From: Azolla caroliniana
Lineage: Eukaryota; Plantae; Polypodiophyta
Assembly: GCA_043228905.1 (NCBI GenBank)
Contig: JBHGNT010000004.1
Coordinates: 20,584,001-20,648,000, forward strand
Reading direction: 5' to 3'
Length of the DNA stretch: 64,000 bases
The notes under the pieces are model-generated. The model was not told where the DNA came from and did not search any database. It saw only the letters and a program-made list of their open reading frames with translations. Positions 38,301-49,759 of this stretch are shown here, in pieces. The translations under genes were made by a program, and so were the position numbers. The stretch's first letter is position 1. Each line of letters starts with the position of its first letter.

Positions 38301-39459
38301 TCAGGTTCAATCGGACCTCCGGAACGTGTCGTACATCCTTCAGCAGCATCTTGCATCCGGTTGATGTCATCAGCCACACGTCTCCTATGCCGGCAATCCG
38401 ACATGTGCCTTCATTTCCCATCCGGACACAGCCGTGCTCTCCGGCTGTGTAGGATGAGAAGTATTTCTTCTTCGGGGTCAGGTGGAACGACGCTCCGGAA
38501 TCGACCACCCAGGTCATCTCTACACCGGCAAGGTTCAGCTCCCTCTCTTCGGTAATGAGCATTATCTCTTCTTCACTTGCCGCGAGTGCCGTCGTTCCTT
38601 TCCGGTCCTGCCCTCGCCGATCCGGACCTCTCCGGTCCGTGGCTCCCCGGTATGCACCGTTTCTCTCCGGTGACTTCTTCGTATCGGTGTCGTCGGCTCC
38701 GTTGTCCTTTCGGTAATGCCGACAATTCTTCCGGAAGTGCCCAGGCTTCCCACAGTGGAAGCATGCGGGCCTTCCTCTTGACTGCGACCGGGTCCCCGAC
38801 TTCTCCCGTCTTTGCGGACTCCGGTTCCATTGTCTTCCCCGATCCGATTCGGTAAGCAGCATCTTCGGATCGGAAACCGGTTCTTTATCTCTCCGACGCG
38901 CTTCTTCGTTCAAAATGCTTGTCTTTACCGTTTGTAGAGACAAGTTATCTTCGGTGCAGGAGGTGCTGAGAGTCACCACCAAGTTCTCCCAGCTTTCCGG
39001 CAATGTACACATCAGAATGATGGCTTGCATTGCATCCTCCAACGGGAACTTGATCGCCGCAAGCTGGTTCACGAATCCCATGAACGTGCTCACGTGTTCC
39101 ACCATATTCTCGCCGTCCCGGTACTTGAGGTTCACTATCTTCCTCATCAGGGAGGTCCGGTTCAACGCATTCTTCCTCTCGTAGAGGCCCGACAGCTTCT
39201 TCCACATCTCATATGCGTTGGTGTCGTTCGCCACATGTTGCAGAACACTTACATCTACATATTGCCGGATCGTCGCTACGGCTTTCCGGTTCAGGAGCTT
39301 CCACTCCGACTCTATTACCCCCTTGGGTATCTCGGCATTGTCGATCGGTTCGTACAGGTCTCGGACGATGAGAAGGTCTTCCATCTTTATCTTCCAGTCG
39401 GCATAGTTCTGTGAGTTCAACACCATCATGCCCGGAGGCCCACTACCGCCGCCTTCCAT
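35386..39459 (-). CDS. gag-pol: Copia Gag-Pol polyprotein (Gag, CCHC, protease, integrase, RT, RNase H), 1357 aa
   Basis: Single uninterrupted ORF; CFHCGKPGHFRKNC, WVVDSGAS, LWHKRLCH, LVHTDVC/ADNGGEY/NGLAER, YVDDML, RNase H FTDSD. Confidence 0.97.
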   Translation of the reverse strand: MEGGGSGPPGMMVLNSQNYADWKIKMEDLLIVRDLYEPIDNAEIPKGVIESEWKLLNRKAVATIRQYVDVSVLQHVANDTNAYEMWKKLSGLYERKNALNRTSLMRKIVNLKYRDGENMVEHVSTFMGFVNQLAAIKFPLEDAMQAIILMCTLPESWENLVVTLSTSCTEDNLSLQTVKTSILNEEARRRDKEPVSDPKMLLTESDRGRQWNRSPQRREKSGTRSQSRGRPACFHCGKPGHFRKNCRHYRKDNGADDTDTKKSPERNGAYRGATDRRGPDRRGQDRKGTTALAASEEEIMLITEERELNLAGVEMTWVVDSGASFHLTPKKKYFSSYTAGEHGCVRMGNEGTCRIAGIGDVWLMTSTGCKMLLKDVRHVPEVRLNLISAGRLDDEGYTGSIRNGVMKFSKGSLIVARARKVNTLYVMNSRLCPEELNVAADTAGELWHKRLCHMSEKGMKRLAEDNLIPVKHVHLEKCTDCLAGKQNRTSFRSRPPTRRSVPLELVHTDVCQVETKSHGGAQYFVTFIDDHSRKLWTAPLKTKDQVLSVFKELHARVERESGKELKAIRADNGGEYRGQFEEYCRSKGIRLEFTVPKTPELNGLAERMNRTIMERVRSMLAHAKLPKGFWAEAMSTTTYMINRSPSVPLDGDTPQRVWTGREVSYQHLKVFGCLAYVHVAKDQRGKLDPKTRPCIFLGYGDDEFGYRVWDPVDKKIFRSRDIIFMEDKTLADWESEKKMKSSKSTGENQLYEEQFRPARDRLALEDPAEDGEESEPAEEDETDTGTGPDPEMDSDEEETDEPVTEAPERRYPLRERRAPRRFLEPEHVLLTDEGEPESFEEAKLDTHSHRWLSAMQEEMDSLHENHTYELVELPKGKRALRNKWVFKLKPGDAGNPPRYKARIVVKGFQQKKGVDFDEIFAPVVKMTSIRTVLSIAASMDLEVEQMDVKIAFLHGDLEEEIYMQQPEGFEKKGKEHLVCRLKKSLYGLKQAPRQWYRKFDSFMTNEGYHKTQSDHCVFVKKFEGGDFLILLLYVDDMLIVGRDQVKIRMLKKALHRTFSMKDLGPARQILGMHIIRDRKKKQLWLSQEKYVTKVLHRFNMSEARPVGSTLPANCKLSSKQSPKTKAEKEDMMKVPYASAIGSLMYAMVCTRPDIGYAVGVVSRYMSNPGKEHWNAAKWILRYLKGTANVCLRFGYGKPELDGFTDSDMSVDADTSRSTSGYVMTYAGGAVSWQSRLQKTVALSTTEAEYMAVVEAGKEIIWMKDFIRELGIQQEEYRLYCDSQSAIHLAKNAAYHSRTKHIQRRYHWIRERIEDKEFVMTKIHTNENGSDMLTKVLRPDKLEACRKRIGLERHPMPK

Positions 39460-39475
39460 TTTCTGTGTTAACCGT

Positions 39476-39487
39476 GCTCTGATACCA
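39476..39487 (-). promoter_or_regulatory. Primer binding site, tRNA-iMet
   Basis: TGGTATCAGAGC, 3 nt after the LTR. Confidence 0.93.
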
Positions 39488-39490
39488 AAT

Positions 39491-40074
39491 TGTTGAACAA
39501 CAGTGCTCGGCCACCACCTAGTAGTAGGATCGATTCACAGAAAACGGGAAATACAAAAATGCACAAAGACAACAGAGAGAAAGGTACACAGGATGTTTTA
39601 CGTGGAAAACCCTAAATGGGAAAAACCACGGGAGTCCTCAAACTCCAACTATCACTATAAACAGAGGTGTACTATGGTGAAGCTACAAGGCAACAACCTT
39701 GAGCTCACTATCTTCGCCACAGGCGGCGGTAATACACAGAGACAACGACCTCTTCGTCTCTCTCTCTCTCTCTCGGCTGCTCTCACTTCGCAAACAAGAA
39801 AAATGAGCAACAACAAAAATTGTTTGCCCTAAGTCATATTTATACACATATGACTTTCGGGTTATTTACAAATATAGCCTCAAGGGCCCTTGGTAAGCAT
39901 ATTCACAAATATGTCCCCGCATCCGGATCTCGCTCCGGGTACGTTCATCATCCGGCTCCGTAGCCGGGGTCTTCATCATCCGGCTCCGTAGCCGGGACCG
40001 TAACCGTAACCGTAACCGGGATTGCCGTCATTCATCTCCGGACATCCCATCCGGAGGGACCGAAAATCCCAACA
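39491..40074 (-). repeat. 5' LTR of Copia F (584 bp)
   Basis: TG...CA, adjacent to the PBS and TSD. Confidence 0.96.
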
Positions 40075-40629
40075 CGATGTTCTAATAAGAAACGGAACAA
40101 CCTAAAGGAGGAGTGTCTAGAACCGGCGAAGGAATACCCATGAGAACCGGAGAGAGGCTTGAGTGGCACCCAACCAAAACAAAGATAAACGGATGATCGG
40201 CCGAGAACAGGATTTCAACCAAGTATCGGACCAAAAGCAGAATCCAACAATACCCGGAAAGTGTATTGTTATTATTGCCGGAAGGAAGGCCATTACAACA
40301 ACCAATGCCCGGTGAAAAGTGATGAAAAATGACCGGCAATCAATATGGTGGTAGTAGAGGTCGCGGATATACAACAAGTCACCACCAGGTCAAAAGGAAA
40401 GACGACAGAGTGGGAAGCCCAAGAGGATATCCGGAAACAAGCCACCAAATGGGTCGAGAAGGCGAATGAACGAAATGCGGCCGAAGTCAAACAACAAAAG
40501 GCAGCACCGGCGGAGCTCACTAACAAAATCCAGGCAGAAAACCCAACATGGCAGGCGTTACAGGAATGTCAAATTACGTTGCCATTAGGCCGGCTACTAC
40601 AATTAGTACCCCGGTTCACGATGGGCTGA

Positions 40630-43600
40630 AATCAGCAATAACAACACCAGACTTGCCGCTGGCTCCGGTTTTCTTTTCCAACCCAAAGGAAGGGCCGACA
40701 ATGGCGGACACAACCAATCCGGCAATCATTGCCCTTGTCAAAGGACGCGAGCTAACAGGGACGATCGTCAACGAAGGATCGGGCGTCAATGTAATAAGCC
40801 TCCGTACTTGTGACACCTTGGGAATCCAAGAGTGGGAGCCTTGCCTGTTTTGGCTCCGGATGTCAGATACGAGTTCGGTAAGACCCACCGGTTTAATACG
40901 AGATCTAGAGGTAACAATTGGAGGACATGCATTCCGCATTTCTGCGGTGGTTCTCCAGTTAAATACCCAAGGGGCTTACCCACTATTGCTTGGACGACCA
41001 CGGTTGCGGACAGCACACATTAAGCAAAACTGGTGGAAGAACGTGATTACGTTCCGACGAGGCAAAACCAAAGTACGGGTACCGACATATCCACAAATCG
41101 GAACCGGAAAAGAACTAACACCGTTATACGCTGAAAGCGTTAATATGCTGGAAGGACTCGCCAACGAGGAAGTCGATCAGTATCTCAAGGATAATCCAAA
41201 AATTGTACCCCTGTTTGAAATAGATGTGGCAGAAACAGTCTCTCCATATATTGCACAACTGGGAGATGCCGGAGAGGAACTACGTCAAGCATAGGAGGCC
41301 CTGGAACGGGAAATGGCGGTATCTCAAAGGGTCAAGGCGTCCCAGCTAGAAGAAGTAAACTTAGGAACCGGAGAGGAAGCACGATCAGTACATATTGCCA
41401 AAGAAATGTCACCGGAAAACAAAATGGCAATGATTACACTATTGAAAGAATTCCGGGACGTATTTGCCTGGTCCTATGAGGATATGCAAGGGCTGGATCC
41501 GCAGCTATATCAACACCAGATACATCTCATCAAAGATGCCAAACCGGTAGCACAAAGGCGTTACCAAATGAACCCTAATTATGCGGTAAGGGTAAAAGAA
41601 GAAATCGACAAGTTACTCCAAGTCGGTTTTATCCGACCGGTAAAGAAAGCCACATGGTTGAGTCTGATAGTAGTTGTGCCGAAGAAGAATGGGAAGATCC
41701 AAGTGTGCGTCGATTACCGGAAATTGAATGCCGTGACGGTGACCGATGGCTTTCCACTTCCATTCACAGATGGAGTTCTGGACGCAATAGCCGGTCATGA
41801 GGTATACAGCTTCCTAGACAGATTTAGCGATTACAACCAAATACGGATGCACCTCAATGACCAAGAAAAGACGACGTTCGTTACCGAGTGGGGAGTTTAT
41901 GTTGCCATAGTGATGATGTTTGGACTCAAGAGGGCGTCGGCTACCTTTCAGCGGATAATCATGGAAATATTTGGAGAGTTCATCCTGGCGTTTATGTAGG
42001 TGTTCCTAGACGACTTCGCGGTGTATAGCCGGCAAGGGGACCACCTGGACCATCTTCCGTTATGCCTAGAAAAATGCAGGGGATACCGACTAAGCTTGAA
42101 CTTGGCAAAGTGTGTGTTCGAGGTGGCTAGTGGTATGCTATTGGGCCATATTGTCAGCAAGGACGGGATAGTAGTAGACCCAGACAAAGTCAGGGCAATT
42201 CTGGAGGCACCGGCACCAACGACGGCCAAAGCATTAAGCAGATTTTTAGGACAAATCCAGTGGCATAGCCAGATGCTCCGGTATTTGGCAGATCTTGCAA
42301 CACCGCTGCATGTTGTGGTTCACCGGACACCGTTTCAATGGATGACTACAAAGGATGACGCTTACCACGCGCTAAAAGTACTACTATCGCAAGCATTGAT
42401 ATTACAACCCTCGGACTGGTCCAAAGAATTTCATGTGTTCGTCAACGCGTCAAACATAGCAATCGGCAGCGCACTTATGCAGCTGACTGAACCCAAGTGG
42501 TACCGACCGGTATACTATGCGAGCCGAAAACTGTCACAAGTGGAACGAAATTACTCCACAACGGAAAGAGAGGCCTTGGGGATGATTTATAGTGTCACGA
42601 AGTTCCGACACTATTTGTTGGGCCATAAATTTTCATTTCACGTAGACCATTCCGCACTTTTATACTTGGTCTCTAAGGTGTCCCTCACAGGTAAGTTGGC
42701 CCGGTGGACATTGCTACTACAAGAATTCAAGTTCGAAATTTATCACCGACTGGGTATACAACACGCAGTTGCCGACTATTTGAGCCGGTTAGAAACCGGC
42801 AAGACCGGTGACGGCGTACCTAATGAGTTTCCGGATGCCGAACTGTTTAAAATCCTAGCAGAAACCACGACGGATAGAACAGTTCCGACCGAGGACAAAT
42901 GGCTAATGAACATGCATCAGTTCTTAAGCATGGGACTACCTCCGGAAGAGATGAACAAAGATGAGCGGAAACGATTGGCGGTCCAAAGCCGGCATTTCTA
43001 TTTATTACAGGACACCCTATACCACAAGGGAGCCGATGGAATATGGCGGAGAGCGGTGCAAAGCAATGAAAAGGACACCGTATTATGGGAAGCACATTGC
43101 GGAGTCGCCGGAGGACACTATGCCGGTGAAGCTACAACAAGAAAGATATGGCGCAGTGGGCTATGGTGGCCAATGACACTGAAAGATTTGGTCTGATATA
43201 TGAAGGAATGTGATTTGTGTCAACGAATGGGACAACCGACAGAACAGGCGTGGATGCCTCACCAGCCGTTACTACCCTTGGAACCATGTCAAAAATGGGG
43301 GTTGGACTTCATCGGACCATTCAAGCCGCCAGCCATGCGAACCGGCAACAGATATGTCATTGCCGCTACGGATTATCGCACCAAGTGGGTAGAGGCCAAG
43401 GCTTTGCGAGACAATACCGCGACATCAACGGAGAAGTTTCTCTACAAGTACATCTAGTGCCGTTACGGATGTCCAATCGAATTGATTAGCGACCAGGGTG
43501 GACACTTCCTCAGTCAAGTAGTGGAGAGTCTAACAACGTTCTACACAGTAGTACACAAGCCCAGCACTCCGTACTACCCGCAAGCCAATGGACTGGCCGA

Positions 43601-44267
43601 GTCCACCAACAAGACACTACAGAACATCCTCCGGAAGATCGTCAACGAGAACCGAACCGATTGGGACACGAAGTTGCATAGTGCATTATGGGCTTACCGG
43701 ACGGCGTATAAAACGAGCATCAGGACGACACCATTCCGGTTAGCATTCGGACTAGAAGCGGTGATGCCGATTGAATTTCAAGTACCGAGCTTACAAATAC
43801 AGGTCCGGGAGTGATTGGGTGAAAAGGAATCAGAGACAATCCAATTGGCGGCACTATGTGAGCTGGAAGAGCATCGGATAGCGAGTATCATGCAATTGGA
43901 ACTGGACCAACGACGAAGGAAGGCATTCGTCGACCGGCACCAGAAGGGCAATGAGAAGCTATTCGGCATCGGCAAGCTAGTGCTCGTGTTTCGGACCCGG
44001 ATGGGTAAGATGTCGGGCAAGCTACGGTTCCGGTGGACCGAACCATACTGGATCACACGAGAATTCAACGGTTCTTACCAGTTAGGTATGCTTGCCGGCG
44101 AAGTACTGGACAAATGGGTAAATGGGTTCCGGCTTAAACCCTATTACGGGCTCGTGCCACCAAACCCGTTCCATCAAGTACAAACTAACGCGGTAACCGG
44201 AAGCGGCAAGAATTGGCTGGCAACCAAGAGGATCCGGTGTTACCCGACAACCGGGACTAACACTTAA
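40630..44267 (+). pseudogene. pol: Gypsy G pol (protease, RT, RNase H, integrase) with in-frame stops
   Basis: Consecutive same-frame ORFs from 40548 to 44267; decayed protease IVNEGSGVN; RNase H YASRKL..NYSTTEREAL; INT H..H..CDLC. Confidence 0.92.
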
Positions 44268-44412
44268 TTATTAAAATTAAAAATTAAAAAAACAAAAGTC
44301 ATCATGCAGAGGAGCGAACAGGCACTTGGAAAAGGTATGGTTGGTGGCTAATTAAAACCTCTTTAAAAGCCCACCATGTGTCAACCAACTGCTATAATAG
44401 TACACGACATGC

Positions 44413-45336
44413 ATGCGCAAGAATCAAGAAAAGGTGCCAAGCATGGAGAGACAAAACCTCCACCTCACAGAGTCCCTCTCATTTCACGAGAATAGAGCAC
44501 TAAGCGCACACAACCAATTAAGAGTGATCAAACGAACGCAAGAGGAATGCACAGACATACTAATTCTACCAAGTCCCACAGACGCAAACGACAAGATGGA
44601 ACACATGGCACTCTCAGAAGCGGCCAAGAAATGGTTCAAGCAACACGGGCTGGAAGGGTTCCTAAGAATCGTCGAGGCACCTCCGCACAACGAGGCAGAG
44701 AAAGTCGTGCAAGAGATCGATACTGAGGTTATCACAGAAGAGGCCATCCGCGCCATGACCGGCCTACCAGTGGGTGGATTATTCTCGATCGACAACCCTT
44801 CACCGAAGATGCTCACCAAGTTCTTTAGTGAGTACGCCCTGGTCAGCAAGGCGTACCGCACAAAAGGCGACGAGGATTGGTCGGTGATCATCACTGGCAG
44901 TCTGAGCGTGGCCATAAAATCAGTAAAGGATGGCAAGAAGATGTGGACGGCGGTGGTGCAATGGCTCACTCTTTTAGCACCGCCGATAGAGCCGACTGAA
45001 TCAACCCCCAACCAATCTTCAAAAAGGCAGCAACTACTGGCTAAACAACCAATCGGATGGAAAGTGGTTGGCTCCTCACAGAAGGCAAAGGAGCAGCCTA
45101 TTCGAAAGCGTATGGTAGAGAAGGAGACACCGGTGGAACCACCGGTGAGACCCTTAAAAATTAAGTTGTGCCGGCCCGAACAACAATCGGCACAACAACA
45201 GGAGCAAGACCCCTTGGCGGCGTTAATCAATAGCGGAACCCTGGCAGAGGAGCGGGAAGAAGAACCTGTCGAGCCCCTATTACGTTGCAAACAGACACGC
45301 GACGAGGGCCACAAAGGGGGGAATCATGTCTGGTAA
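44413..45336 (+). CDS. 3' extra ORF of Gypsy G, possibly plant-mobile-domain-like, continuing after a frameshift into a Glu/Pro/Gln-rich tail to about 45820
   Basis: 307-aa sense ORF between integrase and the 3' LTR; motif ITEEAIRAMTGLPVGG; probably pseudogenised. Confidence 0.55.
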   Translation: MRKNQEKVPSMERQNLHLTESLSFHENRALSAHNQLRVIKRTQEECTDILILPSPTDANDKMEHMALSEAAKKWFKQHGLEGFLRIVEAPPHNEAEKVVQEIDTEVITEEAIRAMTGLPVGGLFSIDNPSPKMLTKFFSEYALVSKAYRTKGDEDWSVIITGSLSVAIKSVKDGKKMWTAVVQWLTLLAPPIEPTESTPNQSSKRQQLLAKQPIGWKVVGSSQKAKEQPIRKRMVEKETPVEPPVRPLKIKLCRPEQQSAQQQEQDPLAALINSGTLAEEREEEPVEPLLRCKQTRDEGHKGGNHVW

Positions 45337-45874
45337 GGGATAGTATACCAAAGCCCCGCCCCGAGGAGCCGCAACCAAGGAAGGAATCAGAACCGGTGTT
45401 AGTAGCACCTGTATGGCAAGAAGTAGTGGAACCGGATGTTCAAAAACCAGTGATTGAATTGCCGGCGATCAATATCAGTGATGAAGAGCAGTCTTCGGAG
45501 CAGGTGCCGAATGAAGCCGGAACTAAGGGAAGCCAGCCAAACAAAACTCCAGAGGAGCAACCGAAGGAGGAAAACCTGCACACCGGTAACCATCAATAGG
45601 AGGAGCCCAAACCAACAAAACCAGAACCGGAAGCCTCGAGACCAATAGAACCGGAGAGACTAGAGGAGTCGGAGCAGCAACAATAGGAGTAGGAGCAGCA
45701 ATAGGAGTAGTAGCAGCAACAGGAGTGGGAGCAGGAGCAGGAGCCGACGACGGAGCAGCTCCCCGATGAGCCTTTAGAACCCTTAGACCAGAGCATTCCG
45801 GACATTTTGGAGGAAGATTGAAGGGCAAACCGTGGGATTCGACGTACAAGGTACTGTCCCACGAGCGTGCCATG

Positions 45875-46195
45875 TGTTGACCAGCAAAGACTTACAGGCC
45901 GGATAAAGTCCAGAATGGGAAAGGGATATTTATTTTAGAACTATCTATAATTATTATATTTTGAGAAGTGAACGGACGGACCCGGATTCGGTATGCCGAT
46001 CCGGATATGGACCGGTTCGTAGCCGATTGCCGGTTGGCACCGTTTCGTACCCAGAGTCGGTGACCTATAAAAGGACCCGGTTAGATTGTAATCAATTAGC
46101 GGTTTATTAATGAAAGTGTTAATGTTCTATATCTTGTTTAATCTTTGAAGGTTTAGTTAATTACCGTTCTCTGCTTGATAGAATCTATCTTATGT
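45875..46195 (+). repeat. 3' LTR of Gypsy G (left part only; interrupted at 46196)
   Basis: Aligns to 24383-24703; the remainder is not found in the window. Confidence 0.88.
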
Positions 46196-46923
46196 TGTCA
46201 CGTTGTTACGCGTGTGCGTGTAGAAGGGGCGGGACCACAAGGGTCTCGGACAAGGGAGAAGAGGGATGCTAAGAAAACCGACACCGGACACGACTGAACA
46301 CGAGAGAGTGAGAGAGAGACAAAGGGGAGGGAAACGTGCGCGCGACGCTGACTCTTATGCACAGGAAGCAAGGGGTTGTGCTTCAGACACCACCAAATAC
46401 ACCAATATGCACAAATAGATATGAGTATGTATACTACAAGGGAAAGAATACATCTCCGGCTTCGAGCCGGACCAAGGTAGGTTGGGTTACATCAGCAATC
46501 TACTGCCAAGCCGCAGATCGGGGGGGAGCTCTCGGGCTCATCGCGCCAAGCGAGGGTCTTGCATAGGAGACCGAGCAGAAACAACCCTAAATAGACACGA
46601 ACTCTCAACCCACACGATGAAGAAGAAGAAGAAGAAGAAGAAACTATCCCTAAATCTAACGGTATACCCTCTAACACAAAATGGGCAACCCCTTCACAAA
46701 GGGCGCTCCCTTCCTTTTATAGAACAAGGAGAGGGATGCGTAACAATGTGGGATAAATCCCTCATTACATGGGATCCTCTGTCCCGAATTAACTACTGTC
46801 CGGCGCCATGATGGCGCCCCCTATCATTTATACGATTTGTACAATGGTGAGTGCACATGCTCCACCCCGTTGATTCTTCCGATATCCTCTACTTTCTCAC
46901 TGTGGCCCGAAATCTTCACGACA
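46196..46923 (-). repeat. 3' LTR of element K (728 bp)
   Basis: TGTCA...CGACA; minus-strand CTATAAAAGG near 46713-46722; abuts PPT complement TCCACCCCC. Confidence 0.8.
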
Positions 46924-47881
46924 TCCACCCCCACCAAACCACACGTCCACTTGTACATGCCAGATCCGAAGAAAGACGAAAGATTCGGGCGGGTGAGAAA
47001 TCGGTCCTTCGTGACCAGCATCCCGACTTGCCGCGTCGATCATTGCCAGTTTGAACCGTCAGCTCCGGTTCATCCTTTGCGCTTGCCTCTCCGTAGGCTC
47101 GTTCGACTCGTCAATAGGTCGTCCGCCGCGACCCAGTAGTACGCGTGCCCCGTTGTTGGCCCTCCGCTCGCCCGTATGCACGCTCCGCTCTCCGTTGTAC
47201 GCCTCATGTTCTACGCTTGAGGAACACCCGTCGTGGCCCGCTTGCCTCAGTCGATCGTCTGCGTGGTCCTGGTTGTCGTCCCGTGCGGTCGCCCATCGCT
47301 TTCATCCCCTCGCCGCCACCTTCCTTCTCCTTGGTCTTAAATTGCCACATTGGCTCGGACTGCCAAGGCCTCCGGAAACGGTGTGGAGGATCCCTCTCCG
47401 GCCTTCTACCCAATATCTCCTGATCCAGCAACCGTCCACCGCACGCGTACTTTCTTTCCGACACCTCCTTGTCCAGCACCGTCTGTACCAAACACAGTCT
47501 CGTACCCGTGCTTTGCTTTGGCCCTCGATGGCCACACGCACATCTTCTGTTCTGCTTTCGAGTGTGCCCTTTCCGGCTCGGCACACCGCTCCTTAACCGA
47601 GTGTCCCCAGTAGCTCACCGGAAGATCACCCTTGCCGCGTCCTAGCCCGCATGGCCTCCTTCTTTCACGTAACGCCTTGGTTGGTCGATGCCTCTGCTGT
47701 TGCCTCCGTCCCCTTGCCACCACCTTCCATTACCCTCGGTCTCACGTAGCCACGTCGGTCGAACATCCAAGGTCTTCGGGCAGGTGTGAAGGATCCTTCT
47801 CGAGTCTTTGTTTTGTTGGGTAACCGACTCGCGTACCAAGCGCGACCAATCTTTGTCTTGCCGACCCTGCTGGTCAGGCCG

Positions 47882-48546
47882 TATAGGACTCACGTCGGCA
47901 CTCAAGCCGACCGCCGGATCGGTGTGAGAATCTCCGTGGGACCTCCCCTTGTACAGTTTGGGTTGCCCGCCTTGCCGCCGCCACCGTTCTTCTCTCTAGG
48001 TCTTACGTCGGCTCTCGGGCCGACCGCCGGAGTCTCTAGAACTGGTGTGTGTAAGGTCGTGGCAACACCGCTTGCCATTTTCCCGACCTCCGTGTCGGCC
48101 ACTTCTACTGGTCACGGTCACCTGTCGCCACCGATCTCTCCTATAGGACTCACGCCGGCACTGAAGCCGACCGCCGGATTGGTGTGAGGATCTCTGTCGG
48201 ACCTCCCCTTCAGCAGTCTGGGTTGCCCGCCTTACCGCCGCCACCATTCTTCTCTCTAGGTCTTACGCCGGCTCTCGGGCCGACCGCGGGAGTGTCTAGA
48301 TCCGGTATGTGTAAGGCCGTGGCAACACCGCTTGCCATTTTCCCAACCTCCGTGTCGGCCTCTTCTGTTGGTCACGTTCACCTGCTGCCATCGATCTCTC
48401 ATATAGGACTCACGCCGGCTCTCGGGCCGACAACTGGATCGGTGTGAGGATCTCCGTAGACCGCCCCTTCGGCAGTCCTTTGCCTTCGTCCCCTCGCCGC
48501 CACCGTTCCTCACTCTAGGTCTCACGCCAGCTCTTGGGCCGACCGC
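47882..48546. repeat. 260-bp tandem repeat, about 2.5 copies
   Basis: TATAGGACTCACG recurs at 47882, 48142 and 48402 with colinear sequence between. Confidence 0.9.
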
Positions 48547-49759
48547 TGTCGTGTGAATCTTCACACACTATGCAAAAAAATAATGAAAATAGATTAGATT
48601 AGTAGCTTACTATAGAAAGATGGATATACTCAAGAGCTTCAAAATGTATTTTACTATATACAAAATGGAGAAATACATATCAAGTTATGTGAAAATAAAG
48701 TTTGAGAAGATAGGGAAATTAGAACTATCCCACATACATAGGAAAGTTAAGGCCCTGGCTATATAAACACCTTGAGCTCCCTCATTTTTTATTTGTGCTA
48801 AGAGCACTTTGGCCACTTTTTCTTGATGGATGATGGTGGCCAAATTCCCTAAAACTGGAAACCGGTCGGTAAGCAAATCCGGAAAACGGGTCCGATAAGC
48901 AAATTCGGAAAACGGGTCCGATAAGCAAATCCGGAAACCGGCCGATATGCAATCTGGAAACCGGCCGGTATGCAAAACCGGAACCGGTCGGCAAGCAAAC
49001 CGGAACTGGAACCGGTATGCAAACCGGAAACCGGCTGGCAAGCAAAACCGGAACCGGAATCGGCAAGCAAACTAGAACCGGAACCGGCAAGCAAACCGAG
49101 ACCGGCCGGCAAGCAAAATCGGAACCTGAACCGGCCGGCAAGCAAAATGGAACCGGCTACCGGACGAGGTTGGACGCAGACGGACAAAAGATTGGATCAT
49201 GCAACAAACTAAAGTAAAGTGAAGAGAACTAAAGTAAAGGCCATATGGACGCAAGCAACTAAAGTTGGAGTGCATGGAAAAAGTAAAGGTCATGTGGACA
49301 GTCACATGTAACCAAAAGAAAAAGCTAGGCAACTAAAAGTAGAGGCCATGCAACAAAAAGTGGAAAGGCTATGATCAAGGGAGAACTCCATATTTATTCC
49401 TTTTTTTTTTCCTAAACTAGGACGCACTCTCCATATTATCTAAAAAAAATTTCTTTTGTTGGGGAGCTCTCTTATCTTATCGAAGCCAATAACCCTAATC
49501 TTCCCTACGGAAGCTATCTCTCAAGTAAACCATAATTTCCATACAGAAGCAATCTCTCAAAATCCAAAATTCCTTGTCAAAGCCATATCACTCAAGAATC
49601 ATGATTGTAATCTTTCTTTCCCTTTTATTAATGAAATTTGTTAATCTTTCTCATTTCGGTTAATTCTTAGTACATAAATACACAAATTTCATATCCTCTA
49701 GACAAAGGCCCCGGGGTCTTGCCTCAACGTTCACGTATCCTCGTCATATTTTCACGACA
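48547..49759. mobile_element. Solo LTR (1213 bp) with Trp-family-type termini
   Basis: TGTCGTG...CACGACA; 4-bp TSD CCGC (48543-48546 / 49760-49763); CTATATAAA near 48759. Confidence 0.88.
48851..49163. repeat. CCGG-rich minisatellite (~23-30-bp units, e.g. GCAAATCCGGAAAACGGGTCCGATAA) inside the solo LTR
   Basis: About 12 diverging units delimited by (A/T)GCAA. Confidence 0.9.

Larger units (their letters stand above)
34820..40074 (-). mobile_element. Full-length, structurally intact Copia copy F
   Basis: LTRs 34820-35375 and 39491-40074; 5-bp TSD CGATG (34815-34819 / 40075-40079); PBS 39476-39487; PPT complement 35378-35386. Confidence 0.98.
24383..46195 (+). mobile_element. Old Athila/Tat-like (non-chromovirus) Gypsy G, host of H, F and K
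   Basis: LTR repeat starting at 24383 and 45875; internal parts 24855-24985, 33296-34819, 40080-45874; RT VDYRKLN..DQEKTTF..FLDDF; INT KWGLDFIGPF..SDQG..YPQANGLAE. Confidence 0.85.

Noticed and set aside
44484-45314. 276-aa antisense ORF, and similar ones at 57392-58234, 58730-59506, 8928-9602, 53993-54658
   Set aside because: Shadow frames of GC-rich coding sequence, Ser/Arg-rich, with no recognisable motifs
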